In this document: positions 12,485-26,158 of the stretch, piece by piece
How positions within the stretch are numbered: the stretch's first letter is position 1
How the letters are laid out: each line of letters opens with the position of its first letter
Source: Nemertoderma westbladi
Lineage: Eukaryota > Animalia > Xenacoelomorpha
Length of the DNA stretch: 64,000 bases
Assembly (NCBI GenBank): GCA_032718475.1
Contig: JAUCBJ010008403.1
Span: forward strand, 4,151 to 68,150
Direction: 5' to 3'
Translations under genes and position numbers: made by a program
The notes under the pieces: model-generated
Seen by the model: the letters and a program-made list of their open reading frames with translations, nothing else
Told to the model about the DNA's origin: nothing
The model's database searches: none

Positions 12485-15400
12485 TTAGCGCAGCAAGTAA
12501 GTCAAGCTGGTGGGCTTGACCTCCTGCCGACCATAATTTCCGGATTCTTCTCTGGCCATTTCAAGCAGGCATAATCGACCTATTGGTCTGTTGAGGCGCT
12601 GTTGTACGTAATTGAGCTTGCCCTTTTCCTTTACTATTATGAGATCGATGGACCTGACGAGACCATCAGCGCTGGTGTGTGTCTCAACTATGCGCGCTGT
12701 TTGCCAGTATTTGTGAGGTAAGTCCTGATCTACCACTAGGACCATATCACCTACCCTGGCATTGTCCTTCATCGCGAACCATTTATTACGCAATTGGATG
12801 CTCGGAAGGTAGTATCTTTCAAAATGATTGGCGAATCTGCTTGACAGCAGTTGCACCATCTGCCATGTCTGTCGCAGGTGCTCATCACCATCCTCCGTGA
12901 GTGAGAGTGGAAGCATGACAACCTTCTTCTTCATTAAGAAGTGTGCGGGGGTTAGAGCTTCTAAGGCCTTGGGGCTGGATGAGATGGGCATAAGAGGTCT
13001 GTCATTTAGATAGGCTGAGACCTCTTCAAGTATGGTGCGTAATATCTCATCGGTGAGATAAGCTTTGCAGGGCAGGATGTGGTGGAACGCTACCTTCACA
13101 CTACGGATCAGCCGTTCCCAACTTCCACCCCACCAAGGTGCATTCGCTGCATTGAATGTCCAGCTGGAGGCGGTGACCTTTAATAGGTTATCTACTTGCT
13201 CCTGATTCCACTTGTCTATGCTTTTAGCTATCTCATTATTGGCTCCTATAAAGTTGGTGCCTTTGTCCGACTTCATAGTATTACTAGTGCCAAATCTACC
13301 TATTTGTCTTCACAGGCATAATATAAAGCAGTTCATGGAAATGTCATTTACCATATCTAAGTGCACAGCGCGGCAGGTCATGCATACAAAGATAACGCAC
13401 CAACGTTTTACTATAGTTCAAGCGCGCTTGACTTCAATGGGTCCAAACAGATCCACACCTGTGTGGGTAAAGGGTGGTTCGTAGCAGCTCACACGTTCCT
13501 TGGGCAAAGGGGCTTCCATTTGAGTCATGGGTGCGCAATAAAGTTTCTTGCACGGAATGCAATGCCATAGTACTTGGTTTAGAGCATTTCTGGGCTTAAT
13601 GAGATAGTACTGTGTACGTATCTCACTCAGTATACGCTCCCTGCCCGCGTGGAACAATTTACTGTGCACATCCTGGATCATTTTGCGTTGTATATAAGGA
13701 TCCGAGATTAAGATTGGGAAAATTGTGTCGTGCGATAGTGGTGCATTTGTAAGTCTACCACCAACTCTGATTAACCCATCAATCATTGTGCTGGTATACT
13801 TATCATTGAACCGTAAGTTGGGGTTCTTAGACAGGTGTTCGTACTTGGTAGGGTCATCCTGGAGCTGAGCTAGCCTCAACAATTGTTTATTGGTATCATC
13901 GACCTCTTCAGCAGACAAGCTACCCAAGGGGGAGGATAACTTGGAGTATCTAAAGTATACATATTTCTTTAAGATACTGAGGGCGCGGCAAAGTTTGTGC
14001 CACGAGCTATAATGATCTAAGGCTTGAGTTATAAGTGGGGATAGGCCTGGAATTAAACTGGGGAGTTGTTCTGCACTGATTAGCAGACTATCACCAGGAC
14101 GCAGATCTTCCTGCACATGCATCGAAGTCATGTCCAAAGGTCTGAAAAGTTTCGATTTTGATGCTCGCACCTTGGGCTTAATAATCTCGGCACCCTTCGC
14201 TTGCTGCCGTATTTCGGCAGGTGTTAGATTTGCTGGCCATTCATCTTCTGGTTTATGTAGAAAAGCTGGTCCCTCCAGCCAACATTTCGTATTGATAAGT
14301 TCCGTAGGTGTCGCGCCTCGCGATGCAATATCTGCAGGGTTAAGCACTCCCGGACAATGCCGCCATTGCTCAACCTCAGTGTTCTTTAGGATAATGGCAA
14401 CACGGTTGGTCACAAAAACGCTGAACTGGCACACCGTGTTTGTTAGGTATTCTAGAACCAAAGCTGCATCAGTCCAGTAAACTGTCTTAACTATATTGTA
14501 GTCCGTTTGTGCCAATATATTCTTAGCTATAATAGTACTATATAAAGCTGCTTTGAGTTCTGTGCGGGGAATGGTTAAGGAGTCCTTTGGCCTGGCAATA
14601 GGTCTAATTAGTGCTTTGGAAGCAGCCAATGCTACCTTTACTCCTTCATGGGTTACTACCCTAAAGTAAGCCACCACACCCATCCCCTTATCACTGGTGT
14701 CGCCGAATAGATGGAGTTGAATCTCGAAGGTAGGCAGGACATTCCCGAAGTATGCTCGAGGCACTAAAAGGCCCTCCAAGTCAGGGAGTGACAGTTCCCA
14801 TTTCCACCAGTCATCTAGCAGCTCTCCCTTCAGGGGGAGAGATCCTTAAACATATACGTTTGGTTCTAACTAGATCATCACGCAACTTAACCTTAAAAAA
14901 CATATTGTCGGTCTCAGTGCTCCAACAAAGACCTAGGGTCTTTGTTTCCGGCAGGTCGTCCTTATTCAAGTCTAATTCAGTGTCACCCCATTCGGAGGGT
15001 TCAATTGCCTTTAAGAACTCTCTTGAATTGCTCGCGAACTTGGTTAACCTGAAACCTCCTAGTTTAAGACAATCTATGGTAGAAAGTGCTATATTTATAG
15101 CTTCTTCTACTGATGGGGCTGACTTCAAATTGTCATCCATGTATATGTCCCGTTTGATATTATTAATAACTGACTCTGGAAATTCATCTCTGTGGTCATC
15201 TGCAGTCCGGTGCAAGACTGAACAAGAGTTTGAAGGACTAGAGATTAATTCCGAAGGCTTGTATGGTCATTCTATATTCTACGGGTGTCACTTTAAGATC
15301 ACCCTCAGGCCACCACAAGAAACGCATGCTATCTCTATCTTCGCTCAAGGCCTTGACCTGCAAAAACATGCCTTCAATATCAGAAGCAAAGGCTACCTCA

Positions 15401-18400
15401 TACTGTCTCATACGCATTAAGATCCCCGGTAGAGACTGTAACAAGTTAGGCCCTGGTAATAACTCAGAATTTAAAGACTGCCCTTTATAATGTGCTGATC
15501 CATCGAATACGACACGGATTTTTCCGGGTTTGTCTTCCCGCTCGACATAGTGATGGGTCAAGTAATAAGTTTTTTCACTCGGGGCCGAGTCAAGGGGAAC
15601 TAATTCTGCATACCCTTTACCTATGAATTTAGCCATCTGTTCTTTGTACAATTTACAGGCTGGGGGGTTAGATGTTAAACGTCGTTGGAGTTGCAAAATA
15701 CGTTTTTCAGCTAGCGGTCTGTTGTTGAACAGCTTAGGCTGTGGTGCACGCCAAAGCAAACCTACCTCGTATTTACCTTCCAAGGGCAAAAAACGTGTGG
15801 TAGTTCTCTGTATCTGTTTTGCACGCTCTTCTTCTACTGATGGTGCTCTGTCATTGAAATTATGCTCTAAGGTTTCCTGTTGCATCCATGCTGCTGTGTA
15901 TTCTTCTAGGTGAACACGGCGTCTAGCTTCCTCCAATTCCAGGAGCTCCTGCTGATGCTCAGCACGAGTATCAAGTAGGAGGTGGTATAGCTTATATTGG
16001 GTGTCCCAAAGATCGCTGTCACTGATTAAGTTAGTGGCTTCAGAAGTATCAAGTCGTGCAGAGAATGTATCATTATCTGATGACATGTCAGACTCACTCT
16101 CGCTGTCTATATATAACCTTCCATCAATGGTCATACAAGTTTGCTCTATTTCTATGTCACTGGCCACTGGGTGTGTCTGTTCACTGGTGATGTACTTTGT
16201 TCCAAGACGTTCTTTTAATGTCTTGTTAGATGGGCCAGTACAGAACCAACCCACGCGAGTCCTTCCTGCATAAGCAGACAAAGGTTTTGGGTACTCGGGT
16301 CTCTTTTCTAGGACTTCTAATGCCTCAGGGACGTTTTGCCCTACCAGCAACTGTACACCTGGGTAATCGGGGGGGAATCTTGGGATATTATGTTCCCTAG
16401 TGAAGTTATCTTCATCCAAGTTATATTCCTTAGCCTGGCTTCGAGCGAAATTTTTAATGGCTACCATTTTTACATTTTTGACACTGTCTACACCCTGTGT
16501 ATCCTGCGGGGCAGATCGAGAGCCCTTATATTACACTGTTTCTACAGTAGACTGCCACTTCTGCATGATACCCGAGAGGTTCAATTTCATTTTGTGACTT
16601 TCGCTTTCATGGAATATGGTGTCTGCCAAATCCTTATCTATGAAGGTACCTGTGCTACCAGTATCCATTAAGGCATTGACCACTACACTACAATTTCCTG
16701 CATGAAGACGCACCTGCAATAGTGGAAATTCACGGACACCCCTTATTTCCATGCGTCCTATTGGACTTGGAAGATGATTTGCTCTAAAACAACTTTCCAT
16801 GATGGGGTCCTCAGGGTCTTCATATGTGAGTGCTTCATACACATCTATATTATTGCAGCACTCATCGTCATCAGAAAATTCTCCAGGAAAAAACTTATCT
16901 GGCTCCTCATCTGTGTCCCTTATGTCCTGCTCTACAAAGTGTACACGTTGGTCGGTTTCCCCATTGGGGTCACGTTCTTGATGTAAAAGTGAGTGATGGG
17001 GACCTTGACAAATATTACAAGAGTTGGTATTTACTAGACTACATTTTCTTCTGAGATGCCCCGGTTTAAGGCAGAGAAAACAGGAAAGCAAGTCCATGGC
17101 CGTTTGCCTGCGTTCCTTGAGGGTTTTCTTCAAGAACATTGGACAGCGCGATAAGGGGTGTATTTCGAGTTTACACAGAGGACACTCATATGCCATTGGG
17201 GTTATGGTGTTGTTAACCTTAGTCTTCCGGTCCTCCAGATCGTTATTTCTAGGCTTTAAATTTGGTTTAGAATAAGTCTCGCCCCTTTCTGTATGTTTTA
17301 GATTTTGAACTGGCTTCTCAATGCTATGTTGTTTTTTACCTTTGTTATAATTGGGTTTGCTCAGGTAAACGTTCCCATAACCATCTTCTTCTGGCTCACT
17401 GTTAGAGAGAAGCTCTTCAAAATTGGTCCGGTAGGCATATCGTTTTTTAATAGTAGCCTTCTCCGTTTTGGACTCTGAACGATTGGCTCCCTTTTCGCGG
17501 TCGAGAGTCTTGAGATAAGTTTTTACTTCATCATCTAGAAATCCCCTGAAAGTATTCATATCTGGGGATGACCCATTTCTTTTATTATACACCATAGTTA
17601 ATCTATCCCATCTGGTCCCAATGGAACCCTTTGGTAAAGCACTGGAAACCATCTGTACTGTCATAGCAGTGTCATAAACTTCACTTCGATTAAGCCAATC
17701 CAGCTGCCTACAGATTTCCTCGACATCGTCTCTAAATTCAATTATGGCATTTTGAGAGACTCTGCCTTTGGAGGTGAGTCTCTCATACATGCATCGTGCT
17801 AAGCTGTCCTCATTGCCGTAACGTTCTCTTAACATATTCCACACGATATTTACACCATCCGCATGTCCAACATATCTAGCCGCCATATGCTTAGGGGAAC
17901 CTTCGAGGCAATTGATTAAGAATCTTAATTTCTCGCTATTATTTAATGGCGAGTCTAGAATATTGTCCTTACAAAATTCGGTAAAGGATAGCCATTTTAA
18001 TTCATCTCCATCAAATTTCATTATTTGACCTGTTGAAACACACTGTCGGGCTTCAGTACGAGCCATGTGTTTTGATAGGTCTGCCTGGATGACTGATGAA
18101 TTAAATAGGATGTCTGTCAATGGTGAATTGTTGTTGTCCTGATATGTGGTATTTTCTGCCTGAATACCATTCACATCCGACGCTCGTTTTAGGATCCGCA
18201 TCCCTCGAGCATTGGTTTGTGAATCTGTTTGCTTATTAGCTGTTGCCACAGTATCCTGTAAAATAACCAGTTGTTGCTGTAGGTCTTCATTTTCCTTCAA
18301 TATGGAGTTAAATTGTTCCTTACACTCCTTCAATTGGCCTTCAGCTGACTCCTGGCCAGGATGCAGCTTGTAACTTCTTCTGTCTGGAAATGGTGCATTG

Positions 18401-20958
18401 GTAAAATTGTCAGGTGTGCTATCATCTGGGAATGATGCGGCATTAACTCTGGTATAGCGTGAGTCACCCTGTGGCGAGACACATCGTCTGTGAGTATCTT
18501 GTGCGAATCTAACTTCCGGGCGAGGGAGGGGTGTCACATTATTATATAATGGGACAAACGTCCGCCTTCCAGGCGATAACGGCATTGCCTCATTCCAGTC
18601 CCGATATCCTGTTACCGGCGCTATTGCGGTTTTTATAGCGGGGCCAGTGGGAGACAGCCTATCATCTGGATTGGTGTAATATGGGCGATTATGATATGGT
18701 TTGTAATATGAGTCAACTTCAGTTGTCACTGGGAAACCTATGTGGTGTTCAATAACTGGCATGTCCCTTAAGGGTATATTTTCTGCATGGACTTGATCCA
18801 CCCTTGAAGTAATGGGGGGAATATATTTCGAGGTGGTTGGGGGGTGAGGTTCCCTTTCCAAACGAGTTATTGGTGAGACTCCACTACCAAAAGAAATTAT
18901 TCCTTCTCTAGATTGTGCTACTGTACTAGATAAGTAACCATGGTCCCGTAGCCGGGAGTATGTCATTGATGGGATGGCTTGGGTAACTTGAACAGGACAT
19001 TGCATGTTTGTGGTTTTAACATTTGGGTTTATAGTGTGAGATAAGTTACTGCTGATAATTGGAGAGGTTACTGCCGTGGTCTTCGGCAGGCCATCAGATT
19101 TATGCGTTTCTACTACTGAGTCAATGAACTCGGGTGAAGCACCACTATCGCTTGGTTTAACAGTGAAGACGCTGTGTGTAGAAGAGGGTGGCGGGTGCTC
19201 CCCATTCGACATTTTATCTACTGTCACATTCTCGTGTATTGTTAGAGCCTTAGGCTCATTTGGCTCTACTACCTCTGGCAATTTTTCCAGGGAATGCTTA
19301 GGAGCAGCGCCAGTGTGGAAACTATCAACCATGCTGGCATAATCACCAGAGATCACATTTCGATCTCGAGGAGGGAGGTGTGGTAAAACTACTCGGGTGG
19401 CTCGCCTGCGTTTACTCTTGGAGCTCCTCACACTTCCACCTGCATCCGTGGAAATGCACTCATCGGATGAAGTAAAAGTATCCTTAAAGGACTTATCACA
19501 TCCTTGTTGTACGCTAGCCCTTTCCTTGCGGTGTTGTTCGTCTTGCTTTAGTAGGGCTAGCTTCTGCTTTATAGCTAGTTCCTTCTCCACGAAAGCTGTA
19601 AGTTGAGCTTCCTGTTTGGCGAGTTGTGCTTTCTCTTTAGCAGACTGTAGTTTTCTCATAGTATCATCTAATTCTGCCCTTTTTTTATTTGCTGCTAATT
19701 GTAGTTCTAATTCTAGAATTTCCCGCTTGGCGGCGTGTTGAACCTTTCGTTCTTGTAGGAAGCACTCTGCGTCTATAGTATCAAGGACATCTCTGGTTTC
19801 CTTACTGGAAGGTGCTAAGCCTTTAAGACGCGTCCTCAACTCTGTTTCTCCAACTGTCTTGATATAAGAACCCAAATACCTTGATATGGCATCCATACCA
19901 TCGCTGAGTTGAGATTCTTCCGAGTCTAAATCGGAATTATTAGCAGCCTCTTTCCCAGAGCAAGCTATGTCTTCACCAGGAGGTAATACCGGCCTATGTA
20001 ATGACTCAAGAGCTAAGGCTTTCCTTGCTATTACTGCCGTTTCTGACAGTTGGCGAGTCAGCATGGATGAGAGTTTACTGTCATTATATCTAGATGCCAT
20101 CTCATGAAAGGCAGATAGTATAAGCCGTATCCTACAAATGATTTCCTTTACCTCAAGATACTTAGCTGGGTTTGTCTTAGGGTCGTGTTGCTCAAGTTTT
20201 AATTTATGGGTCACCATTTCTATATGATGCTCAAATTTACTTACATGTATGCATGCCTCGGTAACCAATTGCTCAATATTGGTAACGCCCCGAGGTACCT
20301 TTAACCTATATAGTTCATCCCAAGGTAGCTCATTGAATCTGAATAATTTATCTAGGGCTGGCTGGTTATAGTATAAGTTGACCAGGTAATGTAGTTCGTC
20401 GGTGTATATGTCCTGTTCAATGGCTAATATACCCTCTTCAACCTTGTGCCGGTAGCTGTCTATCTCCTCTAACAGGAAAGCTAGTCTGACTTGGGGGGTA
20501 GACAAGAGAGGCTCGTTAAAACTGAGCTGCTGACTTGCACTAGCTAGTAAAGTCGGAACTTCCTCGCTACTTGTTTGGGAGTGAGTAAACATGATTGGGG
20601 AAGTATCTGCCAATAACGGCTGACCCTGACCTTGACCAATGCCATCTTCAAAGTTAATAAGGTTCAGATGGGTGCTGGGTTCACTTACCATTGTACCAGT
20701 TGTCGGGCATGTAAGTGGCCGGGCGATTGGTGACCACCTATCTCCATCCATTGGTTTGTCAGAAAGGTTCTGGCCAAGTCTAGCTTCTTCCGCCTCCCTG
20801 GAGACCTGCCTGGTTCGTATTCTTGAACGCTCCCAAATTTTCTTACTGCGAACTGGTTGAGCTATTATAGGCATAGTGTGAGGTGGTATGAGCCCCGCAG
20901 GGTTCAGTGTGAGGGGTTCTTCTGACTTTCGACTCAAATCGCTATCAGCGGTTGACAT
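12485..20958 (-). pseudogene. gag-pol of element A (disabled)
   Basis: DUF1759-like capsid region, three-knuckle Cys/His array, LMDTGS protease, YMDD RT, HLFGDTS RNase H, HHCC and DDE integrase. Lesions: in-frame TAA at ~16532, frameshift ~15245, ~100-bp deletion with frameshift ~14840, TGA stops at ~13419 and ~13311. Confidence 0.92.
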
Positions 20959-21519
20959 GTTTTAATTTTATAATTTTGAAATTCGAAGTTTTATTGCAAA
21001 GCTAAGTGTTATTTTATTCCACACAGGTTAGAAATTGCCAAAAACTTCTTGTAACTTCAAATATTACGAACACCACCTAGCGGAAATTCATACACACGAT
21101 ATACACCCTTTATTTCTCAGTAATCCAGGTAGAGCTAGCTCTTAGCTAGGATTAATGCACTTTATACTTTCAAATGAATCAGTGCTCTGCCTTACTTCTT
21201 TAAAGCTGAGTTCTATGCCGAACTTATAAAGTTTGAGACATCCCTAAATTTCATAAGACCAAATAAATCCAAGCAATAAATAACACACGCCTGAGGGATT
21301 TTATTAGACAAGCCCGCACACACACGCTACAGACAGTGACGTTTGAATGCAATAAGAGTTTATCATTCAATCCCTGTTATTCCCTGAAACAACAAGTGTG
21401 GATGAATTGTATACTCGAATTGTTGTGGGGAGGGTGACGGTGAATTAAATAAATGTTATAGTACATTATGATAATGCTCTCCATAGTGAAAAATATCAAC
21501 CGCCCCTATTGGGGCTCGA

Positions 21520-21563
21520 ACTCGGTACCTAGGTTTCAAACTTCCGGTTATCATCAGCCGAGT
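21520..21563 (-). ncRNA. Minimal type I hammerhead ribozyme, copy 1
   Basis: Minus strand ACTCGG-CTGATGA-TAACCGGAAGTTT-GAAA-CCTAGG-TA-CCGAGT: stem I ACTCGG/CCGAGT, conserved core boxes, palindromic stem III, GUA cleavage triplet. Confidence 0.82.
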
Positions 21564-21888
21564 GTGTGTCCTAAGACCACTGAGCTACCAGGGCGGTAGA
21601 AGATTTATTCACTTTGGAGTGGGCTATCATATATAGGCCTTTTACAGTCACTCATAGGAAAGTACAACGTTATTCCCGTGCTCTGCCAGAAATGGCAACC
21701 ATGCCTCAAAGAATAACTATTATACAGTGTTGTAAAAACCACTGTAACCCCGTATGCCGGCCATGCGTGTTAATTAATTATAAATGAATTGTTGTGGGGA
21801 GGGTGACGGTGAATTAAATAAATGTTAGAGTACATTATGATAATGCTCTCCATAGTGAAAAATATCAACCGCCCCTATTGGGGCTCGA

Positions 21889-21932
21889 ACTCGGTACCTA
21901 GGTTTCAAACTTCCGGTTATCATCAGCCGAGT
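21889..21932 (-). ncRNA. Minimal type I hammerhead ribozyme, copy 2
   Basis: Identical to copy 1, 369 bp away. Confidence 0.82.
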
Positions 21933-23294
21933 GTGTGTCCTAAGACCACTGAGCTACCAGGGCGGTAGAAGATTTATTCACTTTGGAGTGGGCTATCATA
22001 TATAGGCCTTTTACAGTCACTCATAGGAAAGTACAACGTACTTTCCATATTTTACACTCTCCATATTTTTCACTATGGAGAGCATTATCATAATGTACTC
22101 TAACATTTATTTAATTGTATACTCGGTTCGCCTGAAATTAAACGATAATATGTTTAAAACTGATTTTGGCGTCAGGGGTCTGGGTTTTACCTGTAAATAA
22201 ATGAGAAATTTTAAACAGCCACAGGGAATAAATCTGTCAAAGTCAAATTTCTGTGGTAGATTTATGGCTGAAATATAACGACAGGTATAGCTGTACTGTA
22301 TGTGTCGTCTTCCTTGTGAGGTTATTTGAAAGGTCGATACGATAACACTATTTCTAACTAAGTGATGCGTACTTAATTTAGGGCACGTGTTGTAACACTA
22401 AGTTACCAATTTAAATGACAATCAACTTGTCCTAATTTCAATTATCACAGAAATGTAGGGGATGAGACGTTCGATAGATTTGAAGATATTACTGTATGTT
22501 AAGTACCTCGCGAAATGTAACTGATAAAATAATAAATAGGTTTTGGTGTCCGTTTCACACTAGATGCGAACTCGATCATGTAATCGTGCAACGGGAAAAT
22601 ATATAGTTATTAATTTGTCAGAAGTTAATTGCTCCACAGACACATACAGATTGCCTCGATTTATAAATCGCACGGATATACGGGGCCTTACTCCTTATAT
22701 GGTATTACGCAGACTGCCAATTAATGAAATTCAAATAAACTATAGAAATTGATGGCTGCACGTATTTACTCAATGGCATTCGAATCTAGGTGTACCTATA
22801 ATTCCTTGCATAGATCACGAATATCATACACACAATGTTCACAAATTTAAACGAAATACCAAATACGTTGTACCAAATATTAAATGTCACACCGCACTTA
22901 CGTACTAAAGAAGAGTATCCGTTACTGTTGATGCCCCACTAGTTCATTCAAGCCGATTGCCTCGATTTACAAGTCGCTCAGATAGACGAGGCCTTACTCC
23001 GTGCAAGTTTGTAGGTTTTACACACGAAGAGTAACAGGATACTTCAAACTTATCAATAAGGCGTCAACAAAGTAGTACTTGGCCCGTAATATAAAGTAAA
23101 ACGATCAATCAGAAAACTACGTAGTTTCAGTCCTACACGTATTAATTCCAGTTTATTCACGAACAAAATCACTAACGTAGGTAAGAACGTCCGAGCGTGC
23201 ACTCTCATAGAACCTACCTTAAGCTAGTTGGTTGTTTGATGTTGCAAAGTACCGTACTTTATTTCATCAAAGTAACAAGAGAACAGACTATTAC

Positions 23295-24378
23295 TGTCGA
23301 GGCATTTAAGACAAGATTAATTTTACAGTTCTCAATGGTAATATAAAGTTCGATCGCGTAACCCAATTTCGAAGTTCAAACACCCCACTAGACCTAGTCA
23401 GTCGTAAAGTACTAATTGCCTCGGTGTACCCACGAATCCGTGGGAGCACTTATACAACGGATCGTTACTTTGATACAATAGGTGGGACGTAAAGTACAGT
23501 AGATATTGATGGCTGTAAACTGAAATTATGGGGGGATATGTTGTAATATACCGTTTATAGTTCCGTTTCACTACGTTGTATGCAAGTATTCGTAATTATG
23601 ACTTATTATGAATTAATAATGAAACATTTGTGAAAGGTCTAGGTATAGGGTAAGTATACTTATTACTCGTACTATTGAATCGATATTGCTATACATTGAT
23701 CTTAAATATATTTGTTATGAATGCTTGTGTTCGTGTTGGTAAATAATATTACAGTGTTGGATGTCATACACACTCAATACGTTTGAACCGTTGTCGCCTG
23801 TAGGGCAATACTCGAAGTTAGCAACTCACCTATTATGGTGGTAAATAAAACGAGATGTTTCCTTTAAACAATGTTAATACATAATGAGCAACAACGATAA
23901 TAACAGCAATAATAACAATAAATCAATGTTAACTATGTAAGCATGTAAGATAAGCATGTAAAAGGGTAATTAAGTGAAAGTAAGTGAAAGTAAGTGAAAG
24001 TAAGGTAATAGACCTCTTAGATCTTATGAGGTCTATTTAGGTGGTTTGAGGGTAATAATATAAAGGTTACGCCTACAAAATGAACTAAATCTAAACTATA
24101 AATACAATTGTCACAGAAGGACGGCCACTGGTAGTAGTAGCCAATGAGGACCCACAAACATGAAAGCAACACTACTCGCTATCAGTAAGCTGAGTGCAGA
24201 CTTTCTGAGCCGACCAATAGGAGAAATAGGCAGACTAAATACAAATATCAGATTTACCAGCACGAATAAGTAGTGGGGCTAGCCGTGTATCTGAATAGCT
24301 ATATTGCTGTACACAACACATATTATACAGTAACACTAGCGTTACATAGATTTTGGGGCTTGTGGAGCTGCATCAAAA
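23295..24378 (-). repeat. 5' LTR of element A (1084 bp)
   Basis: Direct repeat of 4137-5226; lacks 5 bp (TCTAG) near 24011. Confidence 0.95.
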
Positions 24379-24383
24379 CCAAA

Positions 24384-24663
24384 TAAATTCACCTTTGTAC
24401 CAAAACGGATCACTTTCCACCAAATATTTTTAATTAGCTGTAACTAATGTTCGGCAATCGAAACCCTAGACTTAAAGTGTCTTCAACCCTAAACCTAACT
24501 AGAAACCTGGTTTTCAACCCTACCTTGAGCCAATATGGCCAATTAAAGCCAATTGGCCCTTCAGGGTGACCCTAACCAGGGCCATAGACAGACCTTCTAT
24601 TATTTGGTGGTAAAGTGAGCCGTTTTGGGTGAGAAGTAAGTTTATTTGGTGCAAAAAGGTATC
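24384..24663. repeat. MITE-like imperfect palindromic repeat interrupted by element A
   Basis: Removing A rejoins ...CACCAAA|TAAATTCACC...AAAACGGATCACTTTCCACCAAATA, an imperfect inverted copy of 24601-24651; centre is rich in AACCCTA-like units. Confidence 0.55.
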
Positions 24664-24916
24664 TAATTAGGTGTGCAAATAATTTGTTGGGTATGTAAAA
24701 CTGTTAACTATAACTTTACAATTATTAACTGTGTTAGACTAATACAAATACTAATATCAACCGCAGGATGGCGCATGTAAATATATCTACCAATGTTCGC
24801 GCTTTCAGACCTTTGGCAGTTTAACCCGCCAAATTAGGATGTCTTCTAGATAATAAATCGCTTTTAGCCTCTGACAAGTATTTGATTCACTACACTAGTC
24901 GAAACCAATCTGTGCG

Positions 24917-26158
24917 TGTAAAAGCTTCTGTGGGATATAACTGGCCCTTTTGCTTTGCAATCCAGTTTCCCCCCAGGCGCTGGAATACTCTAAAAAGCTC
25001 TCTAACTCGAATGATGCAAAGCGACCGGCTGATTGGCTGATTTGCTGTACGAGGGGCTTTTTGCTATGTTCTATCGGCCAACCAGAGCTATAGCAGCAGA
25101 GTATGCAACCAGGACAACCGAGCGGAGTGACTCATTTTGTGTGTTGGCCAAGGGTTGCAAAATTCCTGATAGTTCGGCATTTAGATATTCGTGGAACTTG
25201 TGGAATCTGGTGTTCTGCCAATGAGATCTAATCCTCTCTGTGTAAAAAGATACCTGCAACGGTGTTAGGGACAGTAGTAGCAGTTTTTTCTTGATACTGT
25301 TGTGTTGTTTGTATCTAGGCCAGGAACACCGGCTCTAGAGTCAACTCGTTTTCATACTTTAGAAGAAACATTAGTAGGCTTAAGATTATAGAGCGTATAA
25401 CTGTTATCACAACACAACTCATAACAACTCACATATCGGTCCATATCAGTACATTGTCATATCATATCTTAACCTACCGTCTTAATGGTTTGCTGTTGTT
25501 TGGTTGAATATTATTTGGAGAACATTTATAAAGAACCCAAATTTCCCAATTTTCTTGATACACTACAGGTTAGAGAGACGGGTTATATATAGCGATTGCG
25601 ACTTGTATTGTTGTGGTTTGTAGTGAATTTAATGCTATTTGATAAGCACTACATTGGTCCGTTGCTGTTCTCTTTATATATGATAAAAATCATTGACGGT
25701 CGGCAAATTAGTGAGCAGTATTGTGTGTTACCGGTAGTGTGCATGATTGTGACTGATAACTAAGCATTTCCTAAAGAATGCGCCTCATACGTGAATCATA
25801 AGCCTTACTGACTTACCGTTGTGATTAGTATAAGTAATATCTCTGTTTACTTAGATAGAGCGCCACGTCTTAAAGGAACTGTTAATATTTCCCGAAAGTG
25901 AAAAATATTAGTCAGAAATTATTTATTAACGATCAATCGAATAATACAGTAAGTTTACACTGCAATAATAATCTAAGCCCTCAGAATCCAGCCCCCCGGG
26001 TATATCCAGCGGGTGAATGGACGCGCACTAGGCTGGCTTCTGCTAATGTTGTGTTTATTGGTATTAAATATTTGTCATCTTCTAAAGTATATTTATAAAC
26101 CAAAAGACATATAAATTTTGGCAGGTTAAACTGCTAAAGGTCTTCAAAAGCGCGTACA
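24917..26158 (+). repeat. 5' LTR of element B
   Basis: Direct repeat of 39637-40878, about 9 substitutions counted by eye. Confidence 0.97.

Larger units (their letters stand above)
21418..22112 (-). mobile_element. Retrozyme/Penelope-associated-type non-autonomous insertion: ~1.7 tandem copies of a 369-bp unit plus a short inverted segment
   Basis: 21417-21670 repeats at 21786-22039; 22063-22116 is the reverse complement of 21812-21864; flanked by the 13-bp direct repeat AATTGTATACTCG (21405-21417, 22113-22125). Confidence 0.8.
4137..24378 (-). mobile_element. BEL/Pao LTR retrotransposon A (20.2 kb, full length, disabled)
   Basis: Direct LTRs 4137-5226 and 23295-24378; TSD CCAAA at 4132-4136 and 24379-24383; gag-PR-RT-RH-IN with BEL/Pao motifs on the minus strand, plus a second large ORF. 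Confidence 0.95.

Noticed and set aside
16520-16540. Programmed gag-pol readthrough at the TAA in A
   Set aside because: The stop lies within the protease region where B and C have Tyr in an open frame; it is a simple nonsense mutation.
25033-26098. Short ORFs in LTRs (63, 62 and 66 aa) that recur identically elsewhere
   Set aside because: Recurrence is explained by LTR duplication; no motifs and not preserved between B and C.
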